Shown here piece after piece: positions 24,516 through 36,949 of a DNA stretch of 64,000 nt. This DNA is from the human T2T-CHM13v2.0 reference genome, Homo sapiens: assembly GCF_009914755.1 (NCBI RefSeq), contig NC_060925.1; one strand, written 5' to 3'. The translations under genes were made by a program, and so were the position numbers. Each line of letters begins with the position of its first letter. Position 1 is the first letter of the stretch. Under the pieces are notes generated by a model. That model saw only the letters and a program-made list of their open reading frames with translations. It made no database searches and had not been told where the DNA came from.

Positions 24516-25164
24516 AGAATGAGGCTTCTTAATGGGATGGACACTGGAGCCCGGGTAAGGCAGGCTTCCAGTAGCAGAGTTGGTGTGGCCAGGGCTACAG
24601 AGTCCCCCCAAGGCCAGAGATGGGAATGGCCCTACCCTCACACAGAGTAAGGGGCAGACCCAAGGCAGGGCCAGGCTGACTGCCACCAACTCTGCTCTAC
24701 CAACTGGGAGCCTGGAGGCCAAGTGACTTCAGAGGAAGGCTGGCAGTCCCTGGGGGCTCAGCTCAGACCCTAGGCAGACTTAACTTTCCTCTCATCACCC
24801 ACCCTGGAGCCTGGTAAGCAGAGGGGCACAGGGTTCAGACACTCCAGAGAGATTCCAGGGCATTTGCACATCCCTTGGGACTGTCGAGGGCCAAGCCCCT
24901 TCATGCTCTGTAACCACCATCTTAAAGAACAGTGTCTCACTTCATCCTGATAGCAGCAGCCCTGGAGGAGGCTGGACTTTATTTCCCCCATTCTGCAGAC
25001 AAGGAAGCAGGTCTAGAGAGGTCAAGTGATGTGCCCAGGGCCACATGAGCAGGAGGTAACTGGGACTGCAGCCACCTCATCTGCTGCTTCATCCCCTCCT
25101 GCCCCCATCAAAGGCCATGTTTACTTACTAAATCCCAATCCTAGTCTTCTGCTGCTTCCAAACC

Positions 25165-25375
25165 AACATCTCTCAAGCTCACATTGTGCCAGGCATAGTA
25201 CTAGCTAGCCACTTTGTACGTATTTCTTCTTTAACCTTCATAACAGCTCCTCAGATAGCTGCTGTTACGATCCCCATTTTACAGACAAGGAAACTGAGGT
25301 TTGAATAGATGAGGTGGGATGCCCCAGAGCACACGTTAAAAGTTGGCATGTGCAGGATTTGAACCTCCGTCATTT
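25165..25375 (-). mobile_element. MIR
   Basis: ccccattttacagacaaggaaactgagg...gatttgaacc. Confidence 0.85.
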
Positions 25376-26474
25376 GAACCACTAGGCAATACAGCCTCCC
25401 GTGGCTCAACGATTGGCACTGTCCACTTGGCCTCCCTGGCCTCATCCTCAGGCCGTGCGTATCACCTTTTGGCTCCACCCACCTGCCCTGGGCAGGAACC
25501 TCCAACCTTGGGGAAGCATGTAGAGTGCTACAGCGTCCCCTGTGGTCAGGTGACAGAACAAGTGTTGAACCAGGCCTTGCAATTCTTAACACAGTGTTCT
25601 TTCCATCTTCCTCTTGCTTCTGGATCCTACAAATCCCAGGGGTTTGGACTGGCCACAGCCACAGATCCCAGCTTGGGAGGCAGCATCTCTGTGCTTCTGG
25701 AGGCCTTGGCCACACCCCAGCCAAATCATTTGGTCAGGGCTGATTTCTTTTGTAGCCTCAGAAAGGCAGAATTAGTACAGTCAAGACAGAACACTTGTAC
25801 ATGCAGGTCAAGGGTCATCCCTGCACATACACAAATATAGAGGCAGGTACCTGGCTGAGTTGGAACTCACCTGTACACAGTGCCTGCACATGCACTGGCA
25901 TTCCCAAGGTTCATCTATTCACAAAGGTGCACACAACTCACACACATATGTGCATGTGTGTGTGCAAATGTTGCTCTTCTGTGGACATTCATGTGCAGTC
26001 TAATTCAAGGAGATTCTTGTTTCAGTTGTTCACACACACAAGTATGCACCACTCTCAGGCACACACACCCTCAGACACTCATCTGTCTCCTCTGGGGGAC
26101 CAGATGGACAGAGCTGTAGGTCTCAGCTCCCTGCGTATCTGTGTCCTGGCTCCTTCTGCATGGATCCCTCAGCTCACCCACAGCCACTTTGGCCTCGCAG
26201 CAAAGGTCTTGCTTTGCCTTATCTGTAAGCTGGGCACAGATAGAGAAGGCAGAGAGACCTTGCCCTCATCATTACCTGCACTCAGGGATTCACAGGGCCT
26301 TCTCCATAGCAGGTATATGTAGTGGGCTTGTTGAGGGGTGGTTAATTCTTTGCTCAGCAATGTGGGTAATCTTCTGTGCCTCCCTAGGAACTTACCAGGG
26401 AGCTGGGCACAAAATGCATTAAACATATTTGCTGAATGATTGGAGAGGAGGTGAGAGAAAGAGCTTCATGAAGA

Positions 26475-26805
26475 GATGGATAGATGGAAGGATGGATGGA
26501 TGGATGGATGGATGGATGGATGGATGGATGGATGGATAAATGGATGGATGGATGGACAGAGAATGGATAAATGAATGAATGGATGGATAGATGGACAGAA
26601 TGGATGGGTGGATGGAGGCATGGATGCATGGATATGGCTGGATGGATGAGAAGATGAGTGGATAGAAGGATGGAAGGATGATGGATGGATGAAAGAATGG
26701 ATGAGTAGACAGGACGGATGGATGGATGGATGGATGGATGGATGGATAAATGGATGGATGGATGGATGGATGGATGGATGGATGGATGGATGGATGGATG
26801 GATGG
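26475..26805. repeat. (GGAT)n compound tetranucleotide repeat
   Basis: Long GATG runs separated by degenerate units; ends about 70 nt before the exon 9 acceptor. Confidence 0.95.
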
Positions 26806-26877
26806 GTGTAGATAGAGTGAATGGAAGAATAAACAAAAAGAACCTCAATTTCTAGGAGAGTCTCTTCTTTTTTCCAG

Positions 26878-26993
26878 CTGCTGTTGATTATCTGGCCAAA
26901 AATGTGAGCCTCTCCACCCAGCGTCGCATGAAGCTCGGGGAGCACTCTGCTGTGCTGGGACTCCTGCCTGTGGAAACTGGCCAGGCCTACTAG
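26878..26993 (+). CDS. PAX7: PAX7 exon 9 coding part, OAR-like tail (T)[37 protein letters not shown]
   Basis: Translated manually because it is too short for the ORF track. Phase matches exon 8, TAG at 26991-26993. [14 protein letters not shown] resembles the OAR motif (SI..LR.KA.EH). Confidence 0.97.
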
Positions 26994-28580
26994 GGCCCCT
27001 GGGGCGACTTGCCCCAGCCCAATTCCCAGCCCAACCCTAACTGACCCCTGAGCTTCCCAGCCTTGCCGCCTCACCCCCCTGTTGTCCTAGGAGGCCAGGA
27101 AAGGAGCCCACCTGCTTCTCATCACCAGCCCCCTGGAGGTAGACAGCCAGCTTGTCACTCACCTGTGGTTAGGGATCCAGAGTGATGCCCTTGGAGTCTG
27201 CTCCCCACTTTCCCCAAGGAGGGTTTCTGGTCAGCCTGAGGTCCTCCCCTGTCAAATCCCATGGTGGCCTCTGTGCCATCTCAGGCATGGAGATTGGGGC
27301 CCACCTTGAACACCTTGGGTGTCCAGAGGAGGATGGTGCCTGAGAGGAGGTCCTACAGCCCTTTGGACCCAACTCCAGTGGGGGCCCTAGCTAGAAGTGG
27401 AGGTGAAGCTTTCAGGGCTGCTCTCAGCTGGATGTACTGGGAGCCAGCCCTGCAAGGAGGGTCTCTGGCTCAGTGTCAGAACCACAGCCCTTTCCTCCTC
27501 TAGACATTGGGACTCCAGCAAAGAGGGGACCCTGGCCCTGGGGTCTTCCCAGGGGAGTCAGCAGGGGGGCAGTCTCACCCCCACCCAGGAATTTGAAGGA
27601 CTTCAGAACCCTCCCCAGACACCTCTACTGGGTGCATGGGGAAATCTAGCACAGGCAGGGAGACTGGGGAGACCAGGAAGAGGCTTAACCAGAGGGTAGG
27701 GGCACATGGGGGTGGGGCTTGTCAGCCGTGGGCCCGCCCAGGATACAAGGACCCAACTCAGGCTTCTGGAAGCAGAGGGCTCTTATCCTGAAGCCCAAGT
27801 TCCCAGCATGTCCACTCCATCTGGGGCCTGGGGAGCCCACAGAACTTTTCAGTTTCCTTCATTAGCTGAATCAGATGAGATGGGGAGGGGATAAAGTCTT
27901 GAGGATACATGAGTGGAGGAGCAGGAAGTGGGCTCAGAAGGCACTTTCATAACCAGATCCCTCTGTTTGTGGGAGGGCAAGCCTTTGTTGCCCAAGGCTT
28001 CAGCTCTCTGCCTGCAAGTCCACACCCCAGGGAGTTGAGATTTTGCCCAAAGCCTTCCGCAGAGGCCCGAGCCCATCCTTACCATGCCCCATCCTCTAGG
28101 AAGAGGTCTCCATCTTCCCCAAACCCCTTTCAGTTTGTGGGGATGCAGAGAGCTACCCTCAGAGCTTTGGAGGAGGGTTGTAGACTGGGCAGGGATGGTT
28201 TGCCCCACAGACAAGATGATCCCCCCTGGCATGTTGTTAGGGGCAAATTGCTGTCCTGCTCAGAGTGGCATCTTTCAATGTTGCCTCCATCTTGGCCAAG
28301 AGGTCCCTGCCTCCTGATCCGGCACAGCTGAGCTGAGGCAGATGTGACCAGTTTTCAAGCTACCAGCCCTGGGCAGAGGAAGATGTCAACAATTCCAGAG
28401 CAGAGGGAAGAGGCACCTTCCTTGACCACACCAGTGGCCTCCTGAAGTTCCATGCTTTTAAGAGCTGGGACCTTGGGAGGATGATTCAAACCCTCAATTC
28501 CTCCTCCCTGGGAACTTTTTACCACCTTTACCTATTTATCAAAATCATATTCATCTTTACCATCACTGTCACTGTAATCT

Positions 28581-29983
28581 ACATTCCATCACCTTTATCA
28601 GGTGCTGCTGAGTACAAAGCACTTGGGATGGGAGACACAGCACTGAATTCACAAACATTGGACCAAACTGTTTGTCCCCATCTGGGTTCATGAGGCCACC
28701 TCTTTGCTCAATCCATGCCTCTTGCCCTCAGTCAACAAGACATTCCTAGAGGGAAAGGGCTGCTGCTCTGGGAGTCAACCTGAGTTCCTCCCTCCTGGGA
28801 AGCTGGGTTGGCAAGATTCTAGGACACTCACCTGCATGGACATCACCTCTGTGACAAATGCTTACCTGTTTCTCATCTTCAGACTTGGCGATATCAAGCC
28901 TGTTCTGGACCATGACCAGGCTGGCTCATATCTCTGGTTTAGAGAAACCTATGAATAACTGGGGACAAACAGACTCTTTGGTAGCAGCAGACACATGTGA
29001 TCCATCAAGATCAACCAAGGTTGCAACTGGAGCGTCCACTGCCAGAGACCTTTGGCTCTTCAAGCTCGGGACAAAAAAGAAGACTCTGTTGTCCCTTGGT
29101 AACCCAGTCCCTGCTTTTGTAGCTATCACAGCAGAAAGCAACTCTTCCTGAAGACCAAACACTCGTCATCCACATTCCTTGAATGGCCAATCCTTCCATC
29201 TGGAGGCCTGGCTCAGAAAGTATCTGAGTATCCTGACACCCTCTGTGACTCAGGAGCAGGGATCTCAGGCAGCTGATATCAAAACCACCCAGCCCCATCC
29301 CCAGGAGGCGACATTCCAATGCTAGGACCAATCCCAGATATCTGGTCCCGATGGTGAAATGGAACAAAGACCTGCTTGGGAATAAACCAAATGATTTCTC
29401 ATGACGTTGAACATAAGTTCTCCCAAGCCATCATCTTGGTAGAAAATGGGACTTATTCCTTGACAGGCCCCACCCCCTTCAGAAAGAGGCCCTTGACCCT
29501 GATAGGTTCTCTCTAAAACCCGTATATTAACGCATCTGGCCAACTTGGGTTATAAAATTCAGCCTTGTGTTGGCAACTCGAAACATCACCAGAGAGGTGA
29601 TGTTGAATGAGAGACACAAGGCCTCCATCTCTTTGGGGCTGACCACAGCCTGAGAAAGAAGGTCTGGGTTCCAGTGGCCAGGCCGTCCCAGAAACAACCC
29701 CCATCCATCCCTGTAAATAGAGTCTGTAGCAAAATAAGAGCTGCTTCCTCCAACTTATCACAAGTCGCCGTTGGTCCTCTCTAAGGAGGGCTCTCTTCTG
29801 AGTTCATTGTACAATAGTTGGAAACGTGGTGATGTGCTGTTCGTTTATAGAAAGCTGACTTTTTATAAATATATATATATACTAAAAAAGGAAAGAAATC
29901 CCCCACAGTGTGTGTCGTGCTAGTGCCAGAGACCATCTGTAGGGATATATCTTCATATTGTGTGTTTCAAATTATGCATTCCA
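28581..29983 (+). promoter_or_regulatory. miR-1/miR-206 seed-match cluster in the PAX7 3'UTR
   Basis: ACATTCCA at 28581-28588 and 29311-29318 (8mers), ACATTCC at 28740-28746 and 29172-29178, CATTCCA at 29977-29983. Repression of Pax7 by miR-1/206 is established. Confidence 0.8.
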
Positions 29984-30910
29984 GGCTCTAGTGGGTTCTT
30001 TCAATCTTGTTCCTTTATTTTTTTCATTTGGTATTTCTCTCTTGCTATATAAAGAAAAAAAGAAGTGATGTGTAAGAACCAAGCTATGCTTTTATACTTC
30101 CATTTTATACTTGATTTAGCTTTGTTGTTCTTTTGCCAGAGGAACATCAAAGGGCAGAGCAAACAGAGAACTAGGGGGATAAGAGAGAAGAAAAGAAGAA
30201 TGGAGAGAGAGGTTTGCCCAGAAGGAAAACGAAGAGCCAGATTGAAATCTGACTCTGGCTTGAGAACAGGACGGGTCCCAGAGTTTGACCACTGCCAGAA
30301 TCCAGTGTTTCAAGATGGAGTTGGTGAAGCATCCAAGATTTTGGATCCTGGGCCTCAGTGACACTCCATCACCCAACTAAAAAGATGTTCTCTGGGACCT
30401 CTCTCAGGCTGATGTTCTTCTCATCAAGCTCCCGAATGTGTCTCGCACTATTGGACACTTTTTGGGGGTACACAGGTCTTCTCTCCTCCCCTCCTGCAGA
30501 GGCACCAAAACCAAGACCAAATGGGGGTTCTCTAGCCGCCAACTTGAAACGCTCTGAGACTTCTGTGTATTTGATGCTTCTTCAAGTCAGCTCTGACGTG
30601 GCCAATTCCCTGACCTGGGAAATATTTACATAGTACTCTAGATCATTCCTTCTTCCTAGTAACTGCAACTTTGTTGCTTCTGTGTTTGACTCACAGCCAC
30701 TTTCCCCCATGCGGAAGTGAGTGGGTGTACGTGAGGGTGTGAGTGGGGTGTGTGCGTGGGCGTGTGGGCGTGAGGTGTGTGTTTAAATATAATCACACCA
30801 TAATTTATTCAGCTATATGGAGTAGTAGACTAGAAAGAGAAACTGGTATTTGCTTTAACTACCTGCTGCTTGTAAGCGCTTCCTCTGTAACTCAGGCGTA
30901 ACTGTTATAC

Positions 30911-30926
30911 ATTAAAAGAAATTAAA
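30911..30926 (+). terminator. PAX7: Distal poly(A) signals (ATTAAA x2)
   Basis: ATTAAA at 30911-30916 and 30921-30926, upstream TGTA at 30871 and 30886, downstream U/GU-rich ttttgaaggtttcgtgt. Interspersed repeats resume about 400 nt later. Confidence 0.8.
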
Positions 30927-31354
30927 AGCATTTTGAAGGTTTCGTGTACTCAATTGATTGTCATTATGCAGCTGCTCCAAAAGGGACTCTGAGGGGTGTC
31001 CAAGAAGCCTTTGGACCTAATTTAGAGGATCAGCGTAGAAACTGTGTTTCTCTTGCTCCCCACTGGGTCCTCTAGTGCCAAGCAGCTGCGAGGTTTCTAG
31101 TGAATGCCTAATCAATATTTGTTCAATGGATGTTGTTACTTTAAGCCTCGCTCTGAGCTCATAGAAACAGCACAGTGTCAAAGAATAAGGTGAAACTTTA
31201 GTTCTCTTCACCAGAGCAAACTTTTCCTGCTGCTAATCTTAGAACCCTCAGTGGCTGTCTCCCATTACATAGGATTTGGGAGGTAGAAGAGAGCTCAGAA
31301 ACTTACATATTGCTTGGAAGCATATGGGGATTCTCGGGCAAATTTCTGGCTTTG

Positions 31355-31510
31355 TTCTTTTTAGAGATGGGGTCTTGCTATGTTGCCCAGGCTGGAGTGC
31401 AAGGCTATTCACAGGTGTGATCATAGCACACCGAAGCCTTGAACTCCTGGGCTCAAGTGATCTTCCCGTCAGCATCCTGAGTCATTGGGACTACCAGTAT
31501 GCCTGGCTCT
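31355..31510 (-). mobile_element. FAM (fossil Alu monomer)
   Basis: Single monomer retaining ggctattcacaggtgtgatcatagcac, the 7SL-derived segment absent from dimeric Alu. Confidence 0.75.
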
Positions 31511-34500
31511 TTTTCTCTTTTTGAATTATTGATGGAGAGATCTCCAGAGAAAGCTGTAAGGGAATGAAGGAAGCAAGATAGGACAAGTAAAGAAGGTGAG
31601 CAAAGAGGTGGTTTTACCTGGAGTCCAGCTTGAACCTGATGCTACAAGGAGCTCTGGAGTGTGGATTGTAGTACCAGAGTAGTCCCACCTTGAGGCTGGG
31701 GGCTGGCTTTTGGTACTGTGTCAGTCAGTCATTGACTGCTGGCTGTCCCATTGATGTGGGTGGGTGGGTGATATGTAAGTGATATGTAAACTATCTGCCC
31801 AAGCATCTCTAAAGTGGCTTTTGTGGGCTGCAGGCACTCCTGCAGAGAAAGCACAGCTATGAGCCCTTAGCAACAACAAGCACATCAGTTAGGGGACAGG
31901 TGCACTGGCCCAGGAAAAGGGACCTGGGCAGGGACCAGCAATGTCCACTCCACATATGTTCCCCTGGCCCTAAAACCTGGGTATCCAAGTCATTCCAGGG
32001 CTCTGGTTTCCTTGGATTGTCTTCTGAACCAGGAATGCAGTGGGGTGAGAGAGTTGTTGGTTGAAATTGTACATGAAGAATTGATAAGGTGCTCCTGTCG
32101 ACCTGTGTCCAGTTAATCCAGCCAAATTCCCCAGGGCAAGATCTGGAGGGAAACCCTTGGATCTTCCTAGGGTCTGAAACCAATCAGAAGTTGCCCCAGT
32201 ATCTTCCTCTTCACAGAGTCCCTGGAGTGTGATAAGCTCTGTGCCAGTCCCCTATGGAATCCAGAAAGCGTATATCAGAGCTAGTGCTCCCAGCCATGTC
32301 CTGTCTCACATCTGTCCCCCACCTACCCATCTGCAACCAATCTATCCTTCAGGTAAGTCAGGAAGATGTGGGGGAGAGTCAGCTCTGCAGCTAACTCACT
32401 ATGGGTCCTCAGACAATTTTCTTCCCTTCTTGGACCCTATTTTCATATATTTTAAAAAAACAGGCTTGCTGACACCTAAGGATCTTCCAGGTCACCGTGA
32501 TGATAACCTAAGCCAAAGGTTTGTTGTCATGCAGGCAGCTCAGAGAGTGCCTGCATCACTTGGAGGTGTCCATCACAAGTGCTGGGAAAGCAACACAAGA
32601 CATGAGGTGCTGAGTGCATGAGGCCAAGGAGCTCCACAACATAGCCTGCCCTTTGAGACCCCCAACTTGAGGAGCTTTGCTAGAAGCACCCCCTGCCCCC
32701 AAAGACCTTTGTGTGCATCCCAAGGAAAGCTGAGGAATGTAGTTTTCTACCCAGGCACATGACTGCCCAGAATAAAATCAGGTTCCTGTATATAAAAGAA
32801 AAGAGGAGATGGATATTGGATAGACAAGTGTATCAGTCAGCTACTGCCACAGTAATGCTGTGTAACAAAGCAGTCTCTCTTCCTGGTTTCATTGATCTGC
32901 ACGCCTTATGATGAATGAGTTTCACAGCCTTTCCTTGGACAAAATTTGCTAGTTAGGGAAAGGAGCTCCTTAGATAAATGAAGCCTCTGAGGTGGGAGGG
33001 ACACACAGGACAGGGAGACCGAAAGCAATTGCACATGCTGTGTGGCTGAATCTAGAATATCTGGTCCTCCTGACAGTACAGATTCCAGAGCTCCACCATT
33101 CCCCTCCCTAGGCTGCCACTGACTTACTCTGAACAGAGATCATTTTCCTACTGCTGAGTAGGAAACAGCTGCAGTGTAAACAGCTGCAGTGAGGAGTGGG
33201 GACCCATTTCCTGAAGGCAGCAAGTGGGGCTGGTGTTCAGAGCTCCAGTCACCTTAGCTCTTAGCACCTTAGTTCAGAGCTCCAGTCACCTTAAAAAGTG
33301 CTTCCTTAGGTAAAGCCCCACCCCTTAGTACTCTCTGTGTGACCATAGGCAAGTCACTTCCCCTCCGCTGTCTCGTCTTTCAGATGGAAGTAAAGTCTGT
33401 CCCACTGTGTCAGCATAGAATACAGTAACCAACAACCCCAAATGTTGGTGGCTTAAAACACCAGAGGTTTGCTTTCTTCTCATCCATATTCATGACCACT
33501 ACTCATCCTAGTCAGCCTGATGGAGACAGGCATCCTCTCGAGCGTGCTGGCCTCAGTTACCTAAGGAAAGACAGAGCAGGTGGATCAGCCACTGGCTTTT
33601 AAAGCTTCCACTCAAAACAGGACACATCTGCTCACATGCCATTGGCCAGAGCAAGTCACATGGCCACACTGCACTTCAAAGGGAGCAGGGAGGTGTAATC
33701 TACCACTTGCCTGGGAAGTGGGAAGCGGGATTGCACTCGCTGCCCAGAGGGTTTTTATGAGGATCAAGAGGAGAAGCAAACACCTTCCTGAAGCACCTGC
33801 TCTGTGCTCCTCTCCAAGGTGGGCCCTGGAGGGAGGGTGGGGCAGGGAGCTTCATTAAAAAGAACAGGAGACATAGATGGCCCCTGCTCTGAGGGAAGGG
33901 GAATGCCATTTAATTGAGCTCCTAATTGGCTCCAGGCAGCAGCTTTTTGTGTATCATCAGTGTAAAAACAGCCTTGTGAGGTGGGAATTTAACCTTTTGA
34001 TGTACAGGAAGGAAATCAATGGTCAGAAATTTAAAGTCTTGGCTCAAGCTCACACCACTGGTCAGTGGTGGAGACTGAGCTCTCCATGTTCATGTCTGAT
34101 TTTTAATATCAAAGCACTGGGGAGATGGAGCAGGGGTCTTGTGTGAGGGTGAATCCCTGGGGTCTCTACCCCATAGAAAACAGGTGGGGCTGCCTTCTGC
34201 TAGGGGGCTCACACCAGAGGGGCTACCCCAGGTCAGGGAGCCCCGGGGGTCACCTTCTCATCTGGCAATGAGACACCTGCCAGGAAACCCTCAGGTATTA
34301 GCAGTGGAGTGACCCCTCCCAGAATTCACACCACATTCATTCTCTTGGGCCTGTTGGCTAGAACTAAGAGCTTAAGAGAGAAACACTAATATTACGTACC
34401 AGGTACTCCACGTCCATAGTTTTAGTTAACCCTCCCAATATCCTGCAAGATAGGCATTGTGAGTCCCATCAGACAAATGAGGACATGGACCCAGACAGTG

Positions 34501-34799
34501 AAGTAACTGGATCAAGCCTCCCCCAACTAGAAATTGGAGAAGTAGGGATTCAAACCCAGATCTGCCTGATCTCAAATGCCTTGTCCATCATACCAGGCTG
34601 CTTCCCCAAAGTGGAGCTATGACACTGGTTAAACTAGAAGGACAGTGCTTATTGAAAGGAAATTTAACAGTCAGCTATGTCACAATAATGTTGCATAACA
34701 AACCACCTCAAAACTCAGTGGCTTAAAACAACAAGCATTAATTCTCACATTCACAGGTTTGTGGGTTGACTATGGTTGGGTTAATCTAGGCATGGATGG

Positions 34800-35390
34800 T
34801 GTGATAGGCACAACATTAAGATGTCCCCTAAGATTCCTGGCCCTTGGTGTACACACTCTATTTAGTTCCCACCCCTTTAGCATGAACAGGATCTGTGAAT
34901 ATAATGGACTAGTCACTACCTTCACAGGGTTATGTTACCTGGCAAAGGTGATGGAATAGTCAGTCACTCTCATGATTATGTTACGTTACATAAGACTTCA
35001 TCACAGCAGACTGCAATGAGATCCTCCTGCTGGCTTTGAGAAGTAAGCTGGCTACATGGCTAGGATGTTAAGGCATCTTCTAAGAGCTGAGAGTGACCCT
35101 TGTCGAGCAGCCAGCAATAAAATGGAGACCTCAGTCTTACACCCACTAGAAATTGAATTCTTCCAAAAGCCCAAATGAGCTTGGGAACAAATTCTTCCCC
35201 ACACAGGCCTTCAGATGAGATCATAGCCCCTGCCAGCCCCCAATTTCAACCTGGTCAGATCCTCAGCAGAATGCCTAGCTCTTCTGCACTCAGACTTTGA
35301 CTTGCAGAAACTGTGAGAAAATAAAATGAATGTTGAGTTAATCCATAGAGTTTGTGGTACTTTGTGATGCAGCAATAGAAAACGAATACA
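34800..35390 (+). mobile_element. MLT1 (MaLR) solo LTR, F/G-like, nested in an older MLT fragment (about 34670-35680)
   Basis: Starts tgtgatagg...aagatgtcccctaagattcctggccc; has gaaactgtgagaaaataaa; ends gcagcaatagaaaacgaataca. Confidence 0.8.
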
Positions 35391-36169
35391 GCCAAGCAGC
35401 TTTGCTTCAGGCTGCAAGTCTGACAATATTTGTTCTGGGACCCCATTAAGAAGGCAGCTTCTAGGCAATGATTACAACTCATGAGTTCAATGGATGTCGT
35501 GGGGGTTCCAGTTCAATCTCCATTTCAAGCTCCTTTTCTTGTGAGATTCACTGATATCCCATGGCCAATGCAAGTTTCATGGCCAAGCTCAAAGTCAAGG
35601 AATGGGGATGTATATTCCACCCATCTTAATGCATGAAAAGAGTATAAATGTCTAATTCTGTAATAGTGAAGAATTAGGACCCATTATTCAGGAAATTTAG
35701 GGGAAAATCCCTCTATCTGTTTCTACCTCCTCCACTTCCATGGATACACGGCTGATCAATAAGCAGTTACCTCCATGCTGAGTTTAAAGTTCATCAAACC
35801 CCATACCAGCCCTGTCACATTGGTCCACAGAAGATAGGCCTCCAAGAGAGAAATATGGGACTTAGGGGAAGTCCGGCGAATGTCAGAATATCAGTAGGAG
35901 TATCGGGATGAAGTTTGTGGGGTATCAGGAGACGCTTTGGACATCTGAACACCAGCAGGAGCATTCCCAGGCAAAAGGGTAGAAAAGTTGACATAGAGGT
36001 GGCTGGTTTCCCTGGGACCTTGTGCTGGGTCCCACCTAATTGACCCTACAGATCCCTTCCTCCTTTTGTGAAGCCAGGCTTGAGGTAAGCACTTTAGCTG
36101 CCCATACTATAAGGATAAGCATTTTTTTTTCTGTGTCAGGCACTTTACATACAAGATTTGACTACAGTT

Positions 36170-36345
36170 TCAAGACAGCCGACTCTGGATCCAAGCAGCC
36201 TATGTTCCAGTCCTGACACCACTACTGTATAATCTTGAGCAAGTGGTCTAAACTTCTCTGAAGACTCAGTTTCCTCATCATCTATAAAACTGGCATAATA
36301 ATGGCACCAACCTCCAAGGTGGTTGTGAGGTTAAATGAGATCACA
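36170..36345 (+). mobile_element. MIR
   Basis: gactctgg...cttgagcaagt...ctcagtttcctcatc...gttgtgaggttaaatgaga. Confidence 0.8.
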
Positions 36346-36949
36346 GAATAAAGAAATCAACCTAACTTTCTTTAGCCCTGTGTTTTGCACATTTATTTGA
36401 TCATAGGGCCTTTTATTGTAGGAATGCTTATTAACATTACAGGGAGATGCTTGGAGCTTTCTAGCAGCCAACAGAAAGTGGGAAATCTGAAGAGTTACAC
36501 AACCACTGATGCCAATGAGAAAATAAGAATCTTACTAAGGGAAGGTTCAAAGATTTCTACCCTTCAAAAGGGTAGGTTCAAATAATTTCTCTCTGGGAAG
36601 AGACTGTGTGATACAATAAATAAAAACTCAGGAAACTTGTGAAATGTATAAAGATGAGTTGTGAGGGATTGTTTCTCACAATGGTCTTCAATATAGGTTG
36701 ACAGCAGTGTAGCAAATATAATCCTGCTGGCAGGTGAGGAGATATGAGAACAGGATATAATCTAGATACTGAATTCTTTGATGTGTTCATTTGATCTAGG
36801 GATCGTTTGGGAGCATCTAGAGAAGGAGGGTAATCCCATTAAGAAAATCATACTTAACATGACCTTTTAAGAACTAGACTTTTGTTTAATGGCAAAGAAC
36901 TGAAAAATATACACTCTGGAAAATTTTTAGAGTGTCAGTTATATAGATA

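Larger units (their letters stand above)
26994..30930 (+). other. PAX7: PAX7 long 3'UTR (end approximate)
   Basis: About 3.9 kb free of recognisable interspersed repeats, with AU-rich blocks (29740-30130, 30780-30930) and miRNA seed matches, ending at tandem ATTAAA signals. Confidence 0.85.

Noticed and set aside
26384-27074. (IHPS)n repeat ORFs on the minus strand
   Set aside because: Artefact of the (GGAT)n microsatellite.
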